Source: Shigella phage vB_SboM_Phaginator. Taken from it: a DNA stretch of 64,000 nt. The DNA is taken from the sequence record OL615012. The stretch is one strand, 5' to 3'. The translations under genes and the position numbers were made by a program. The notes below the pieces were generated by a model. That model did not search any database and was not told the origin of the DNA. It saw only the letters and a list, made by a program, of their open reading frames with translations. This document shows positions 54,001-63,172 of the stretch, piece by piece. Position 1 is the stretch's first letter, and every line of letters begins with the position of its first letter.

Positions 54001-54964
54001 AGTTTGGGGAAATCAGTTTGGTGGCGGTTCAGATACAACACGTTCTACTGTATTTGAAGTTGGTGATGAAACGTCTAATCACTTTTATTCTCAACGTAAT
54101 AAAGCTGGGAATATAACGTTTAGCATTAATGGTACTGTGATGCCGATAAATGTTAACGCTTCAGGTTCTTTGAACGCTAACGGCGTTGCAACATTTGGTA
54201 GTTCAGTTACTGCTAATGGCGAATTCATCAGTAAATCAGCAAATGCTTTCAGAGCAATAAATGGTGACTATGGATTCTTTATTCGCAATGATGCTGCTAA
54301 CACCTATTTTATGCTTACTGCATCGGGTGATCAGACTGGTGGATTTAATGGATTACGTCCTTTAGCTATTAATAATGCATCTGGTCAAGTAACGATTGGT
54401 GAAAGCTTAATCATTGCCAAAGGTGCTACTATAAATTCTGGTGGTTTAACCGTTAACTCGAGAATTCGTTCTCAGGGTACTAAAACTGCTGATTTATACA
54501 CTCGCGCACCAACATCTGATACTGTAGGATTCTGGTCAATTGATATTAATGATTCAGCTACTTATAACCAGTTCCCGGGTTATTTTAAAATGGTTGAAAA
54601 AACTAATGAAGTGACTGGACTTCCATACTTAGAACGCGGCGAAGAAGTTAAATCTCCTGGTACACTGACTCAGTTTGGTAACACACTTGATTCGCTTTAC
54701 CAAGATTGGATTACTTATCCAACGACACCAGAAGCGCGTACCACTCGCTGGACACGTACATGGCAGAAAACCAAAAACTCTTGGTCAAGTTTTGTTCAGG
54801 TATTTGATGGAGGTAATCCTCCTCAACCATCTGATATAGGTGCTTTACCATCTGATAATGCTACAATGGGGAATCTTACTATTCGTGATTTCTTACGAAT
54901 TGGTAATGTTCGCATTATTCCTGACCCAGTGAATAAAACTGTTAAATTTGAATGGGTTGAATAA
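51095..54964 (+). CDS. 34: Long tail fibre proximal subunit gp34
   Basis: 1289-aa ORF, same length as T4 gp34; contains tail-fibre repeat array. Confidence 0.95.
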   Translation: MAEIKRKFRAEDGLDAGGDKIINVALADRAVGTDGVNVDYLIQENTVQQYDPTRGYLKDFVIIYDNRFWAAINDIPKPAGAFNSGRWRALRTDANWITVSSGSYQLKSGEAISVNTAAGNDITFTLPSSPIDGDTIVLQDIGGKPGVNQVLIVAPVQSIVNFRGEQVRSVLMTHPKSQLVLIFSNRLWQMYVADYSREAVVVTPANTYQAQSNDFIVRRFTSAAPINIKLPRFANHGDIINFVDLDKLNPLYHTIVTTYDETTSIQEDGTHSIEGRTSIDGFLMFDDNEKLWRLFDGDSKARLRIITTNSNIRPNEEVMVFGANNGTTQTIELQLPTNISVGDTVKISMNYMRKGQTVKIKAAGEDKIASSVQLLQFPKRSEYPPEAEWVTVQELVFNGETNYVPVLELAYIEDSDGKYWVVQQNVPTVERVDSLNDSTRARLGVIALATQAQANVDLENSPQKELAITPETLANRTATETRRGIARIATTAQVNQNTTFSFADDIIITPKKLNERTATETRRGVAEIATQQETNAGTDDTTIITPKKLQARQGSESLSGIVTFVSTAGATPASSRELNGTNVYNKNTNNLVVSPKALDQYKATPTQQGAVILAVESEVIAGQSQQGWANAVVTPETLHKKTSTDGRIGLIEIATQSEVNTGTDYTRAVTPKTLNDRRATESLSGIAEIATQVEFDAGVDDTRISTPLKIKTRFNSTDRTSVVALSGLVESGTLWDHYTLNILEANETQRGTLRVATQVEAAAGKLDNVLITPKKLLGTKSTESQEGVIKVATQSETVTGTSANTAVSPKNLKWIVQSEPTWAATTAIRGFVKTSSGSITFVGNDTVGSTQDLELYEKNSYAVSPYELNRVLANYLPLKAKAADANLLDGLDSSQFIRRDIAQTVNGSLTLTKQTNLSAPLVSSSTATFGGSVSANSTLTISNTGTATRLIFEKGPQTGTNPVQTMTIRVWGNQFGGGSDTTRSTVFEVGDETSNHFYSQRNKAGNITFSINGTVMPINVNASGSLNANGVATFGSSVTANGEFISKSANAFRAINGDYGFFIRNDAANTYFMLTASGDQTGGFNGLRPLAINNASGQVTIGESLIIAKGATINSGGLTVNSRIRSQGTKTADLYTRAPTSDTVGFWSIDINDSATYNQFPGYFKMVEKTNEVTGLPYLERGEEVKSPGTLTQFGNTLDSLYQDWITYPTTPEARTTRWTRTWQKTKNSWSSFVQVFDGGNPPQPSDIGALPSDNATMGNLTIRDFLRIGNVRIIPDPVNKTVKFEWVE
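52495..53610 (+). repeat. Array of degenerate phage tail-fibre repeats within gene 34
   Basis: Recurring ~40-aa units with motif TP(K/E)xL...(T/S)E(T/S)xxG(I/V)xxIAT at least 8 times. Confidence 0.7.
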
Positions 54965-54972
54965 GAGGTATT

Positions 54973-56088
54973 ATGGAAAAATTTATGGCAGAGTTTGGAC
55001 AAGGATATGTCCAAACGCCATTTTTATCGGAAAGCAATTCAGTAAGATATAAAATAAGCATAGCGGGTTCTTGCCCGCTTTCTACAGCAGGACCATACGT
55101 TAAATTTCAGGATAATCCTGTAGGAAGTCAAACATTTAGCGCAGGCCTTCATTTAAGAGTTTTTGACCCTTCTACAGGAGCATTAGTTGATAGTAAGTCA
55201 TATGCTTTTTCGACTTCAAATGATACTACATCAGCTGCCTTTGTTAGTTTCATGAATTCTTTGACGAATAATCGAATTGTTGCTATATTAACTAACGGAA
55301 AGGTTAATTTTCCTCCTGAAGTAGTATCTTGGTTAAGAACAGCAGGAACGTCTGCTTTTCCATCTGACTCTGTATTGTCAAGATTCGACGTATCATATGC
55401 TGCTTTTTATACTTCTTCTAAAAGAGCTATTGCATTAGAGCATGTTAAACTGAGTAATAGAAAAAGCACAGATGATTATCAAACTATTTTAGATGTTGTA
55501 TTTGACAGTTTAGAAGATGTAGGAGCTACCGGGTTTCCAAGAAGAACGTATGAAAGTGTTGAGCAATTTATGTCAGCCGTTGGTGGAACTAATAACGAAA
55601 TTGCGCGATTGCCAACTTCAGCTGCTATAAGTAAACTCTCTGATTATAATTTAATTCCTGGTGATGTTCTTTATCTTAAAGCCCAGTTATATGCTGATGC
55701 CGATTTACTTGCTCTTGGAACTACAAATATATCTATCCGTTTTTATAATGCATCTAATGGATATATTTCCTCGACACAAGCTGAGTTCACCGGACAAGCT
55801 GGGTCTTGGGAATTAAAGGAAGATTATGTAGTTGTTCCAGAAAATGCTGTGGGATTTACGATATACGCGCAAAGAACTGCTCAAGCGGGACAAGGCGGTA
55901 TGCGAAATTTAAGCTTTTCTGAAGTATCAAGAAATGGCGGAATTTCAAAACCCGCTGAATTTGGCATCAATGGTATTCGTGTTAATTATATCTGTGAATC
56001 TGCTTCACCTCCGGATATAATGGTACTTCCTACACAAGCATCGTCTAAAACTGGTAAAGTGTTTGGACAAGAATTTAGAGAAGTATAA
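54973..56088 (+). CDS. 35: Long tail fibre hinge protein gp35
   Basis: 371-aa ORF between genes 34 and 36. Confidence 0.9.
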   Translation: MEKFMAEFGQGYVQTPFLSESNSVRYKISIAGSCPLSTAGPYVKFQDNPVGSQTFSAGLHLRVFDPSTGALVDSKSYAFSTSNDTTSAAFVSFMNSLTNNRIVAILTNGKVNFPPEVVSWLRTAGTSAFPSDSVLSRFDVSYAAFYTSSKRAIALEHVKLSNRKSTDDYQTILDVVFDSLEDVGATGFPRRTYESVEQFMSAVGGTNNEIARLPTSAAISKLSDYNLIPGDVLYLKAQLYADADLLALGTTNISIRFYNASNGYISSTQAEFTGQAGSWELKEDYVVVPENAVGFTIYAQRTAQAGQGGMRNLSFSEVSRNGGISKPAEFGINGIRVNYICESASPPDIMVLPTQASSKTGKVFGQEFREV

Positions 56089-56093
56089 ATTGA

Positions 56094-56120
56094 GGGAGCC
56101 TTCGGGTTCCCTTTTTCTTT
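56094..56120 (+). terminator. Rho-independent terminator after gene 35
   Basis: GGGAGCC-UUCG-GGUUCCC hairpin followed by UUUUUCUUU. Confidence 0.7.
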
Positions 56121-56127
56121 ATAAATA
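56120..56127 (+). promoter_or_regulatory. Late promoter TATAAATA for genes 36-37-38
   Basis: Exact motif 24 bp upstream of gene 36 ATG, directly after terminator. Confidence 0.65.
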
Positions 56128-56150
56128 CTATTAAAATAAAGGGGCATACA

Positions 56151-56810
56151 ATGGCTGATTTAAAAGTAGGTTCAACAACTGGAGGCTCTGTCATTTGGCA
56201 TCAAGGAAATTTTCCATTGAATCCAGCCGGTGACGATGTACTCTATAAATCATTTAAAATATATTCAGAATATAATAAACCACAAGCTGCTGATAACGAT
56301 TTCGTTTCTAAAGCTAATGGCGGTATTTATCTAAACCGAGTTACCTTTAACAAGGGTATTCAAGTCCCGGGAGCTGGCAATGGTCTGACCGGGATGTTTG
56401 TTGGGCCAGGTGATGGAGCAACTTATGATAATGTTAACCTTGATATAATATCTTGGTATGGTATCGGATTTAAATCATCTCAAGGAACAGGACCCAGGAC
56501 AATTGTTTTTAACGTTCGTGACGGTGAAATTTCGGCCCGTGGTAATATAAATTCACAGCGTCAGGTGCGAGCCGAAGCCGCAGCGCCCATTGCCGCAAAT
56601 GACCTTACTAGAAAGGACTATGTTGATGGAGCAATAAATACTGTTACAGCAAATGCGAACTCTAGGGTGCTACGATCTGGTGACACCATGACAGGTAATT
56701 TAACAGCGCCAAACTTTTTCTCGCAGAATCCTGCATCTCAACCTTCACATGTTCCACGATTTGACCAAATCGTAATTAAGGATTCTGTTCAAGATTTCGG
56801 CTATTATTAA
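56151..56810 (+). CDS. 36: Long tail fibre distal connector gp36
   Basis: 219-aa ORF, T4 gp36 about 221 aa. Confidence 0.9.
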   Translation: MADLKVGSTTGGSVIWHQGNFPLNPAGDDVLYKSFKIYSEYNKPQAADNDFVSKANGGIYLNRVTFNKGIQVPGAGNGLTGMFVGPGDGATYDNVNLDIISWYGIGFKSSQGTGPRTIVFNVRDGEISARGNINSQRQVRAEAAAPIAANDLTRKDYVDGAINTVTANANSRVLRSGDTMTGNLTAPNFFSQNPASQPSHVPRFDQIVIKDSVQDFGYY

Positions 56811-56818
56811 GAGGACTT

Positions 56819-59800
56819 ATGGCTACTTTAAAACAAATACAATTTAAAAGAAGCAAAACCGCAGGTGCACGTCCTGCTGCTTCAGTATTAGCCGAAGGTG
56901 AATTGGCTATAAACTTAAAAGATAGAACAATTTTTACTAAAGATGATACAGGAAATATCATTGATCTAGGTATTGCTAAAGGCGGTCAAATTGATGGAAA
57001 TGTAACTATTGATGGAACTTTACGCGTCAATGGACCAATAAACAACTTTGGAAATTTTTCTACAAGTGGTACTATTACGGCAAGTAATATTGTTTCTGCT
57101 ACAGTATTCAGATCAACATCCGGTTCATTTTATACAAGAGCAATAAATGATACTGCAAATGCCCATCTTTGGTTTGAAAATACGAATGGATCGGAGAGAG
57201 GGGTTTTATATTCAAAACCACAGTCTGAAAATGAAGGCGTAATTACAATGCGCGTTCGCCAAGGAACCGCAGCAGGGGCTCAAAATTCAGAATTTCATTT
57301 CATTTCTACTGATGGCGGTATCTTCCAGGCACGCAAATTAACTGCTTTAACTTCTATTAGTACACCAACTATTAGTGTTAATTTAATTAATCATGATTCT
57401 AAAGCCTTTGGACAATACGATTCACAATCATTAGTTCAGTATGTTTATCCTGGAACCGGTGAAACAAATGGTGTAAACTATCTTCGTAAAGTTCGAGCTA
57501 AATCAGGTGGAACTATTTACCATGAAATTTGTACAGCTCAGACTGGGCTAGCTGATGAAGTTTCTTGGTGGACTGGTAATATACCGTTATTTAAACTATA
57601 CGGTATTCGTAACGACGGTAGAATGATTATCCGCAATAGCTTGGCCATTGGTACTGTGACTGAAGGATACCCGTCAAGCGATTATGGAAATACCGGGGTA
57701 ATGGGAGATAGGTATTTAGCTCTTGGCGATAATGCTTCTGGACTTAAATGGGTTCGTACTGGCGTTATTGACTTAATGGCTAACGGTATTTCTGCGGCGA
57801 CTATTATTAATAATGGTATTAATAGTACTAAAAAATTGATGGTTGGTTATAGTCGAGATTCTGGTTCTACTTGGGATTTCCCAAATAACAACCAAGCAAT
57901 GTTTACTGCGCGTACCGATGTTGATGGTAATAATAACGGTGATGGTCAAACTCATATCGGTTATAGCAGTAATTCTAAAATGTATCACTATTTCCGTGGT
58001 ACAGGTCGTATGTCCGTTAGTATGGGCGATGGACTTCTTGTTGAACCGGGTATTTTAGACATTAAAACTGGTTCAAATACATTAAGTTTGCGTGCTGATG
58101 GTACCGTCGCTTCTGTTCAAACATTAAAGCTTAATAATGGATTGTATTTTAATGGTGATGGAACTAATGCTTCTCTAGTTTTTAAAGCAGCTTCAGGTGT
58201 TGATGGTACTAAGCAAATTATGTGGGAAGGTGGTACTCGCCCAGGGCAGAATAAAAGCTACGTAACTGTTAAAGCATGGGGTAATTCATTTAACGCATCT
58301 GGTGATCGTAATCGTGAAACAGTCTTTGAAGTATCAGATGGGCAAGGTTACCATTTTTATTCTCAACGCGTAGCTCCTGCACCTGGTTCGACTGTCGGGC
58401 CTATTCAACTCCGAGTTAATGGTGGTTTATTAACTTCAGGTAGTATTGTTGCTTCTGGTTCTATTACAACCGAATCAAGCTTAGTTGCAAATAATGGATT
58501 ATCTGTAAATGGACAAGCTAAATTTGGTGGAACAGCAGATGCATTAAGAATTTGGAATGCTGAATATGGCGCTATTTTCCGTCGTTCAGAAAGTAGTCTT
58601 TATATTATCCCGACTCCTAAAGGTGCCGGAGAATCGGGCGGTATAAGTAATCTTAGACCATTGATAATAGAACTGAACACTGGCACAGTTAAAATGTCGC
58701 ATGATGTTCATTTAGGAGATTCTGGATCTGGTACAGGATTATTACAAGTAAGTAATAGTCTTAAAACTATTAAAATGATATGTCCAGTAACTATTAATGA
58801 ACGCAATGCAGCACTTACCCTGGATTCTCCTTCATCTTCTTCTGCTAATTATTTACAGGGTTCTAAAGCTGGAACTAGATCATGGTACGTTGGTCTTGGC
58901 GGCGCTGGAAATGATTTATCTCTTTATAGCCAATCTTATGGACATGGTCTTGTTATAAGCGATAATTTCGTGTCAATCAGTAAACCTCTTAAAGTTGGAA
59001 ATGCCCAACTAGGAACTGATGGTAATATTACTAGCGGTTCAGGAAACTTTGCCAACTTGAACACCACGCTAAACCGTAAAGTTAATTCTGGATTTATTAC
59101 TTATGGAGCAACCGCTGGATGGTATAAGTTTGCAACAGTAACAATGCCACAATCCACTTCGACGGTCTTCTTTAAAATAGCCGGTGGTTCTGGATTTAAT
59201 AGCGGATTATTCACACAATGCAATATTGCTGAAATTGTTTTACGTACTAGTAATGAAAGACCTGCTGACTTAAATGCTGTATTATATACAAGAACATCTG
59301 GACTGTATAGCGCAGCATTTAGAAATATTGCAGTTAACAATGTCTCTGGAAATACATATGACATTTATGTTTATGCCGGAACATATTGTAATCAACTAGC
59401 GTGTGAATGGTCATGTACCGAAAATGCTACTGTTAGCGTTATTGGTATTAACTCATCTACACAATCACCTGTAGATGCTCTTCCAGATACAGCAGTTAAC
59501 GGTCAAGTTGCTAATGTTCTTAATAACTTGGTTGATCGTGGTAAAGCAAAACGTTATGTAGCAGAATCTGAAATTGCTATTAATAACCAAACGGGTCTTC
59601 GTATTACGAGTAATTCTGATAAATCTGGTTCAAATTCAGTATTATTCAGAAATGACGGTGGAAGCTTCTATATTTTACTGACCGACAAAAACTCTTCAGA
59701 CGGCGATAATAAAGCAACTGAAGGTGATTGGAATGGAAAACGACCATTTTCAATTGATATGACTGCTGGTACTGTTCGTCTTGGCGAAAATACTTCTTTT

Positions 59801-60646
59801 AGTAAAGATGTTACTATTGATGGAAACATTAATTCACGAGTTAAAGTTGTCGGACAGTGGAATGTTAGCTTTTCTGATATTTCAGATGTGACTCGTGACC
59901 GTTCTGCATTTTTAGTGAATACAGGCGGCATTTCCAAGACAAGTCAATCTTATTACCCACTATTTTCTGGATACAGTTTTTTAACTGACACGGGTTATCG
60001 CCAATCGTTTGAATTTGGATGGTTAGGTGTTTCTGGTACTTGGCGTCAAGGCATTATTCGCATGCGTGGTGACAAGCCATCGGGGCAACAGGCTCGTTGG
60101 ACTTTTGATATGGACGGAACATTTTATGCTCCTAAATTGGCTTGCGGTTCTACCGGTGCCCTTGGTATTAACACATCCAACGGATGGGGTGGTAACTCAA
60201 TTGCAATAGGTGATAGCGATACCGGTTTTAGACAAGTAGGTGATGGGCTTTTAGAAGCGTGGGCTAACAATGTTAAAGTTGTTAGATTCACCTCGGGTGA
60301 AGTTTATTCCGAGAAAAACGTCAACGCTCCTAACGTTTATATTCGTTCTGATATTCGTTTGAAATCTAATTTCAAGCCTATTGAAAACGCGCTCGAAAAG
60401 GTTGAACAACTTGATGGTTTAATCTATGACAAAGCTGAATATATAGGCGGTGAGCCTGTTCAAACTGAAGCGGGTATTATAGCTCAAACGTTACAAGACG
60501 TTTTACCAGAAGCTGTCCATGAAACAGAAGACAGTAAGGGTAATAAAATACTCACTGTTTCTTCTCAAGCTCAGATTGCTCTTCTGGTTGAAGCTGTGAA
60601 AACACTTTCCGCTCGTGTAAAAGAACTTGAATCTAAACTTATGTAA
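56819..60646 (+). CDS. 37: Long tail fibre distal subunit gp37 (T2-type, with C-terminal chaperone-like module)
   Basis: 1275-aa ORF; N-terminal region conserved with T4 gp37; C-terminal ~99 aa begins SDIRLKSN, like autoproteolytic intramolecular chaperone domains. Confidence 0.92.
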   Translation: MATLKQIQFKRSKTAGARPAASVLAEGELAINLKDRTIFTKDDTGNIIDLGIAKGGQIDGNVTIDGTLRVNGPINNFGNFSTSGTITASNIVSATVFRSTSGSFYTRAINDTANAHLWFENTNGSERGVLYSKPQSENEGVITMRVRQGTAAGAQNSEFHFISTDGGIFQARKLTALTSISTPTISVNLINHDSKAFGQYDSQSLVQYVYPGTGETNGVNYLRKVRAKSGGTIYHEICTAQTGLADEVSWWTGNIPLFKLYGIRNDGRMIIRNSLAIGTVTEGYPSSDYGNTGVMGDRYLALGDNASGLKWVRTGVIDLMANGISAATIINNGINSTKKLMVGYSRDSGSTWDFPNNNQAMFTARTDVDGNNNGDGQTHIGYSSNSKMYHYFRGTGRMSVSMGDGLLVEPGILDIKTGSNTLSLRADGTVASVQTLKLNNGLYFNGDGTNASLVFKAASGVDGTKQIMWEGGTRPGQNKSYVTVKAWGNSFNASGDRNRETVFEVSDGQGYHFYSQRVAPAPGSTVGPIQLRVNGGLLTSGSIVASGSITTESSLVANNGLSVNGQAKFGGTADALRIWNAEYGAIFRRSESSLYIIPTPKGAGESGGISNLRPLIIELNTGTVKMSHDVHLGDSGSGTGLLQVSNSLKTIKMICPVTINERNAALTLDSPSSSSANYLQGSKAGTRSWYVGLGGAGNDLSLYSQSYGHGLVISDNFVSISKPLKVGNAQLGTDGNITSGSGNFANLNTTLNRKVNSGFITYGATAGWYKFATVTMPQSTSTVFFKIAGGSGFNSGLFTQCNIAEIVLRTSNERPADLNAVLYTRTSGLYSAAFRNIAVNNVSGNTYDIYVYAGTYCNQLACEWSCTENATVSVIGINSSTQSPVDALPDTAVNGQVANVLNNLVDRGKAKRYVAESEIAINNQTGLRITSNSDKSGSNSVLFRNDGGSFYILLTDKNSSDGDNKATEGDWNGKRPFSIDMTAGTVRLGENTSFSKDVTIDGNINSRVKVVGQWNVSFSDISDVTRDRSAFLVNTGGISKTSQSYYPLFSGYSFLTDTGYRQSFEFGWLGVSGTWRQGIIRMRGDKPSGQQARWTFDMDGTFYAPKLACGSTGALGINTSNGWGGNSIAIGDSDTGFRQVGDGLLEAWANNVKVVRFTSGEVYSEKNVNAPNVYIRSDIRLKSNFKPIENALEKVEQLDGLIYDKAEYIGGEPVQTEAGIIAQTLQDVLPEAVHETEDSKGNKILTVSSQAQIALLVEAVKTLSARVKELESKLM

Positions 60647-60647
60647 A

Positions 60648-60665
60648 AGAGGGCTTCGGCCCTCT
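60648..60665 (+). terminator. UUCG hairpin between genes 37 and 38
   Basis: AGAGGGC-UUCG-GCCCUCU; followed by AAGGA ribosome-binding site of gene 38, weak U-tract. Confidence 0.45.
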
Positions 60666-60676
60666 AAGGATTTTTA

Positions 60677-61468
60677 ATGGCAATTGTAGGTGTTCCTGGC
60701 TGGATTGGTGAATCTGCCGTGAATGAAACTGGACAACGCTGGATGGATGCTGCGATGAAAGCTGTTCGTGTTTCAGTTCCCGGTTGGATGAGTTCAATGG
60801 CTGGGCAATCTAAAGAAGTATATTATAGCATTGGTGCTAGCAATTCTTACAATAAAGACACACTAATAAATTGGATAAAAGCCCAAGGAAGTACTCCTGT
60901 TGTTATTACTATTACAGGAAATATTGTTTCTCAATCTACTGGTGTTCCATGCTTAGATTTTCCTAGCTCATTAACTAATGCGTATGTTACCTTAAATATT
61001 AATAGCGGGGTTCATGTATTGGGTCGGGGAGGAAATGGCGGAAGTAACTCTGCTGGTGGAGCAGGAGGAACTGCAATAAATAACGGAATTGGAACTCGTT
61101 TAAGAATAAACAATAACGGTATTATTGGTGGCGGTGGCGGTGGCGGTGCTGGTGCTAGATACCATCCTTTCCCTCAAATGGATATGATATTTGGTGGAGG
61201 CGGAGGTCGTCCATTTGGCGCAGCTGGCGCAGCAGGAGGTGGCGCAGCAGCAGCATCTGCTGGTACAATTTCTGCTCCTGGTAAAGGTACTGTTTCTGGG
61301 GTTCACTATGGAGGAAATGGTGGAGATTTGGGAGCTGCTGGCAAGTCTTCATATATTCAAGGCGGTACTGGAGGAACTGTTCACTCGGGCGGTGCGGCTG
61401 GTAAAGCTGTTACTGGTAATGCTCCAACTTGGACTAAAGTTGGCACAATATATGGTTCAAGAGTATAA
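60677..61468 (+). CDS. 38: Receptor-recognising adhesin gp38 (T2-type, glycine-rich motifs)
   Basis: 263-aa ORF with several poly-Gly blocks separated by short variable segments; unlike the 183-aa T4 gp38 chaperone. Confidence 0.85.
   Translation: MAIVGVPGWIGESAVNETGQRWMDAAMKAVRVSVPGWMSSMAGQSKEVYYSIGASNSYNKDTLINWIKAQGSTPVVITITGNIVSQSTGVPCLDFPSSLTNAYVTLNINSGVHVLGRGGNGGSNSAGGAGGTAINNGIGTRLRINNNGIIGGGGGGGAGARYHPFPQMDMIFGGGGGRPFGAAGAAGGGAAAASAGTISAPGKGTVSGVHYGGNGGDLGAAGKSSYIQGGTGGTVHSGGAAGKAVTGNAPTWTKVGTIYGSRV
61022..61406 (+). repeat. GGT/GGC-rich codon repeats encoding glycine-rich motifs of gp38
   Basis: Runs such as GGTGGCGGTGGCGGTGGCGGTGCTGGTGCT visible in DNA. Confidence 0.8.
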
Positions 61469-61500
61469 TTTTTGAATAAATATCCTTAAAAGGAGGGTCT

Positions 61501-62157
61501 ATGGCAGCACCTAGAATATCATTTTCGCCCTCTGATATTCTATTTGGTGTTCTAGATCGCTTGTTCAAAGATAACGCTACCGGGAAAGTTCTTGCTTCCC
61601 GGGTAGCTGTCGTAATTCTTTTATTTATGATGGCGATTGTTTGGTATAGGGGAGATAGTTTCTTTGAGTACTATAAGCAATCAAAGTATGAAACATACAG
61701 TGAAATTATTGAAAAGGAAAGAAATGCACGCTTTGAATCTGTCGCCCTGGAACAACTCCAGATAGTTCATATATCATCTGAGGCAGACTTTAGTGCGGTG
61801 TATTCTTTCCGCCCTAAAAACTTAAACTATTTTGTTGATATTATAGCATACGAAGGAAAATTACCTTCAACAATAAGTGAAAAATCACTTGGAGGATATC
61901 CTGTTGATAAAACTATGGATGAATATACAGTTCATTTAAATGGACGTCATTATTATTCCAACTCAAAATTTGCTTTTTTACCAACTAAAAAGCCTACTCC
62001 CGAAATAAATTACATGTACAGTTGTCCATATTTCAATTTGGATAATATCTATGCTGGAACAATAACCATGTACTGGTATAGAAATGATCATATAAGTAAT
62101 GACCGCCTTGAATCAATATGTGCTCAGGCGGCCAGAATATTAGGAAGGGCTAAATAA
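61501..62157 (+). CDS. t: Holin T
   Basis: 218-aa ORF starting MAAPRISFSPSDILFGVLDRLFKDNATGKV with one transmembrane segment and large periplasmic domain; T4 holin. Confidence 0.95.
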   Translation: MAAPRISFSPSDILFGVLDRLFKDNATGKVLASRVAVVILLFMMAIVWYRGDSFFEYYKQSKYETYSEIIEKERNARFESVALEQLQIVHISSEADFSAVYSFRPKNLNYFVDIIAYEGKLPSTISEKSLGGYPVDKTMDEYTVHLNGRHYYSNSKFAFLPTKKPTPEINYMYSCPYFNLDNIYAGTITMYWYRNDHISNDRLESICAQAARILGRAK

Positions 62158-62430
62158 TTATTTGTTCGTATACATCTCTAGATATCGATATACACCCTCA
62201 AAACCCTCGTTGAATTCGTCGATGAGGGTTTTTTTATCTTCTTGAGTTAATTCAGAAACAATTTTACGGAATGAATTCTGATTTAATTTTCTACCTTCAT
62301 GCGTTACTCCAATCTCATTCAGAAATGCAATAAAATTAGCACGATTCTCAACAATATCTTCTCTGGAAAATTTAATCAAAATAGACGCAACAGTAATAAT
62401 TTCACGAACTGTATCAATGTTTTTATTCAT
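62158..62430 (-). CDS. asiA: Anti-sigma-70 factor AsiA
   Basis: 90-aa ORF starting MNKNIDTVREIITVASILIKFSREDIVENRANF; matches T4 AsiA. Confidence 0.96.
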   Translation of the reverse strand: MNKNIDTVREIITVASILIKFSREDIVENRANFIAFLNEIGVTHEGRKLNQNSFRKIVSELTQEDKKTLIDEFNEGFEGVYRYLEMYTNK

Positions 62431-62442
62431 TAACTATACCAC

Positions 62443-62595
62443 TCAATTAGTTGACTTTATTATAATATCATCAGACGCTTGATTTGTAAACTGGTCTGTG
62501 TTATTTTCTTCAAAAATTTTTTCTACGAATTCCTTGAACGACTCACGTTCCTGAGCTACATTATGCTCGATTACCTTTTCAAGATTATGACTCAT
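62443..62595 (-). CDS. Small acidic ORF (50 aa) between arn and asiA, missing from ORF track
   Basis: My translation: MSHNLEKVIEHNVAQERESFKEFVEKIFEENNTDQFTNQASDDIIIKSTN; ATG overlaps arn TGA stop (ATGA); no clear ribosome-binding site. Confidence 0.4.
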   Translation of the reverse strand: MSHNLEKVIEHNVAQERESFKEFVEKIFEENNTDQFTNQASDDIIIKSTN

Positions 62596-62870
62596 TCGAA
62601 ATAATCTTCAATTTCATAATCATGGACATAAATCATTATAGTTTTTAATACATCATCAATACTTTTTCCTGGAGTTGGAATTACGTAAAAATATCCTGCT
62701 TTTGAGAGGTCTTTATAAGTTCCAATCAAGAAATCATTATTCTCAAGATGTAGTTCTTCAACTAATTCATTAACAATTGAGTGGTATAAATTTGGTAGAA
62801 ACTTATATAGCTTTTCTAGAATATCAATTTTGATTGTATAATGAACCACGGACTGAGAATCAATAATCAT
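62592..62870 (-). CDS. arn: Arn, anti-restriction (McrBC inhibitor) protein
   Basis: 92-aa acidic ORF at the position next to asiA where T4 arn lies. Confidence 0.75.
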   Translation of the reverse strand: MIIDSQSVVHYTIKIDILEKLYKFLPNLYHSIVNELVEELHLENNDFLIGTYKDLSKAGYFYVIPTPGKSIDDVLKTIMIYVHDYEIEDYFE

Positions 62871-62953
62871 AGACCTTCCCCTTATGTTTCTGTTTGCGAT
62901 TAGATTCTTTAAACGCTTTCTTCTTATCCTTATGAACAGAAGCTTTATTAAAA

Positions 62954-63172
62954 TTATGTTTTGCGACTAAATTGTTCATAGTGCTGAATTACCTCTCTTA
63001 AACATTTGCATGTGAATGAAAACTTTTTAGCTACACCACATTCAAATATATGTTCTCTTAAATCGCGTGTATCGGTATATCCCATCTCAACAATAAAGTG
63101 CCTTATCAGATTTTTATCTTTATCATTGAGAGAATTAAAATAGTCAGATTTTGAATTAATTTCCCTGGCCAA
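62954..63172 (-). CDS. Hypothetical protein (arn.x)
   Basis: 72-aa ORF with Cys pairs. Confidence 0.5.
   Translation of the reverse strand: MAREINSKSDYFNSLNDKDKNLIRHFIVEMGYTDTRDLREHIFECGVAKKFSFTCKCLREVIQHYEQFSRKT

Noticed and set aside
56084-56091. TATAAATT near-match to the late promoter consensus at the end of gene 35
   Set aside because: One mismatch in the invariant motif; an exact TATAAATA lies 36 bp downstream at 56120-56127
61022-61406. Short direct repeats that could suggest a CRISPR array or VNTR
   Set aside because: Repeats are irregular triplet (Gly-codon) repeats inside a coding frame, with no repeat-spacer periodicity
61100-61475. Three overlapping ORFs (68, 65 and 94 aa) on both strands inside gene 38
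   Set aside because: Artefacts of the GGT/GGC-rich repeats encoding the gp38 poly-Gly motifs; any frame stays open in such sequence
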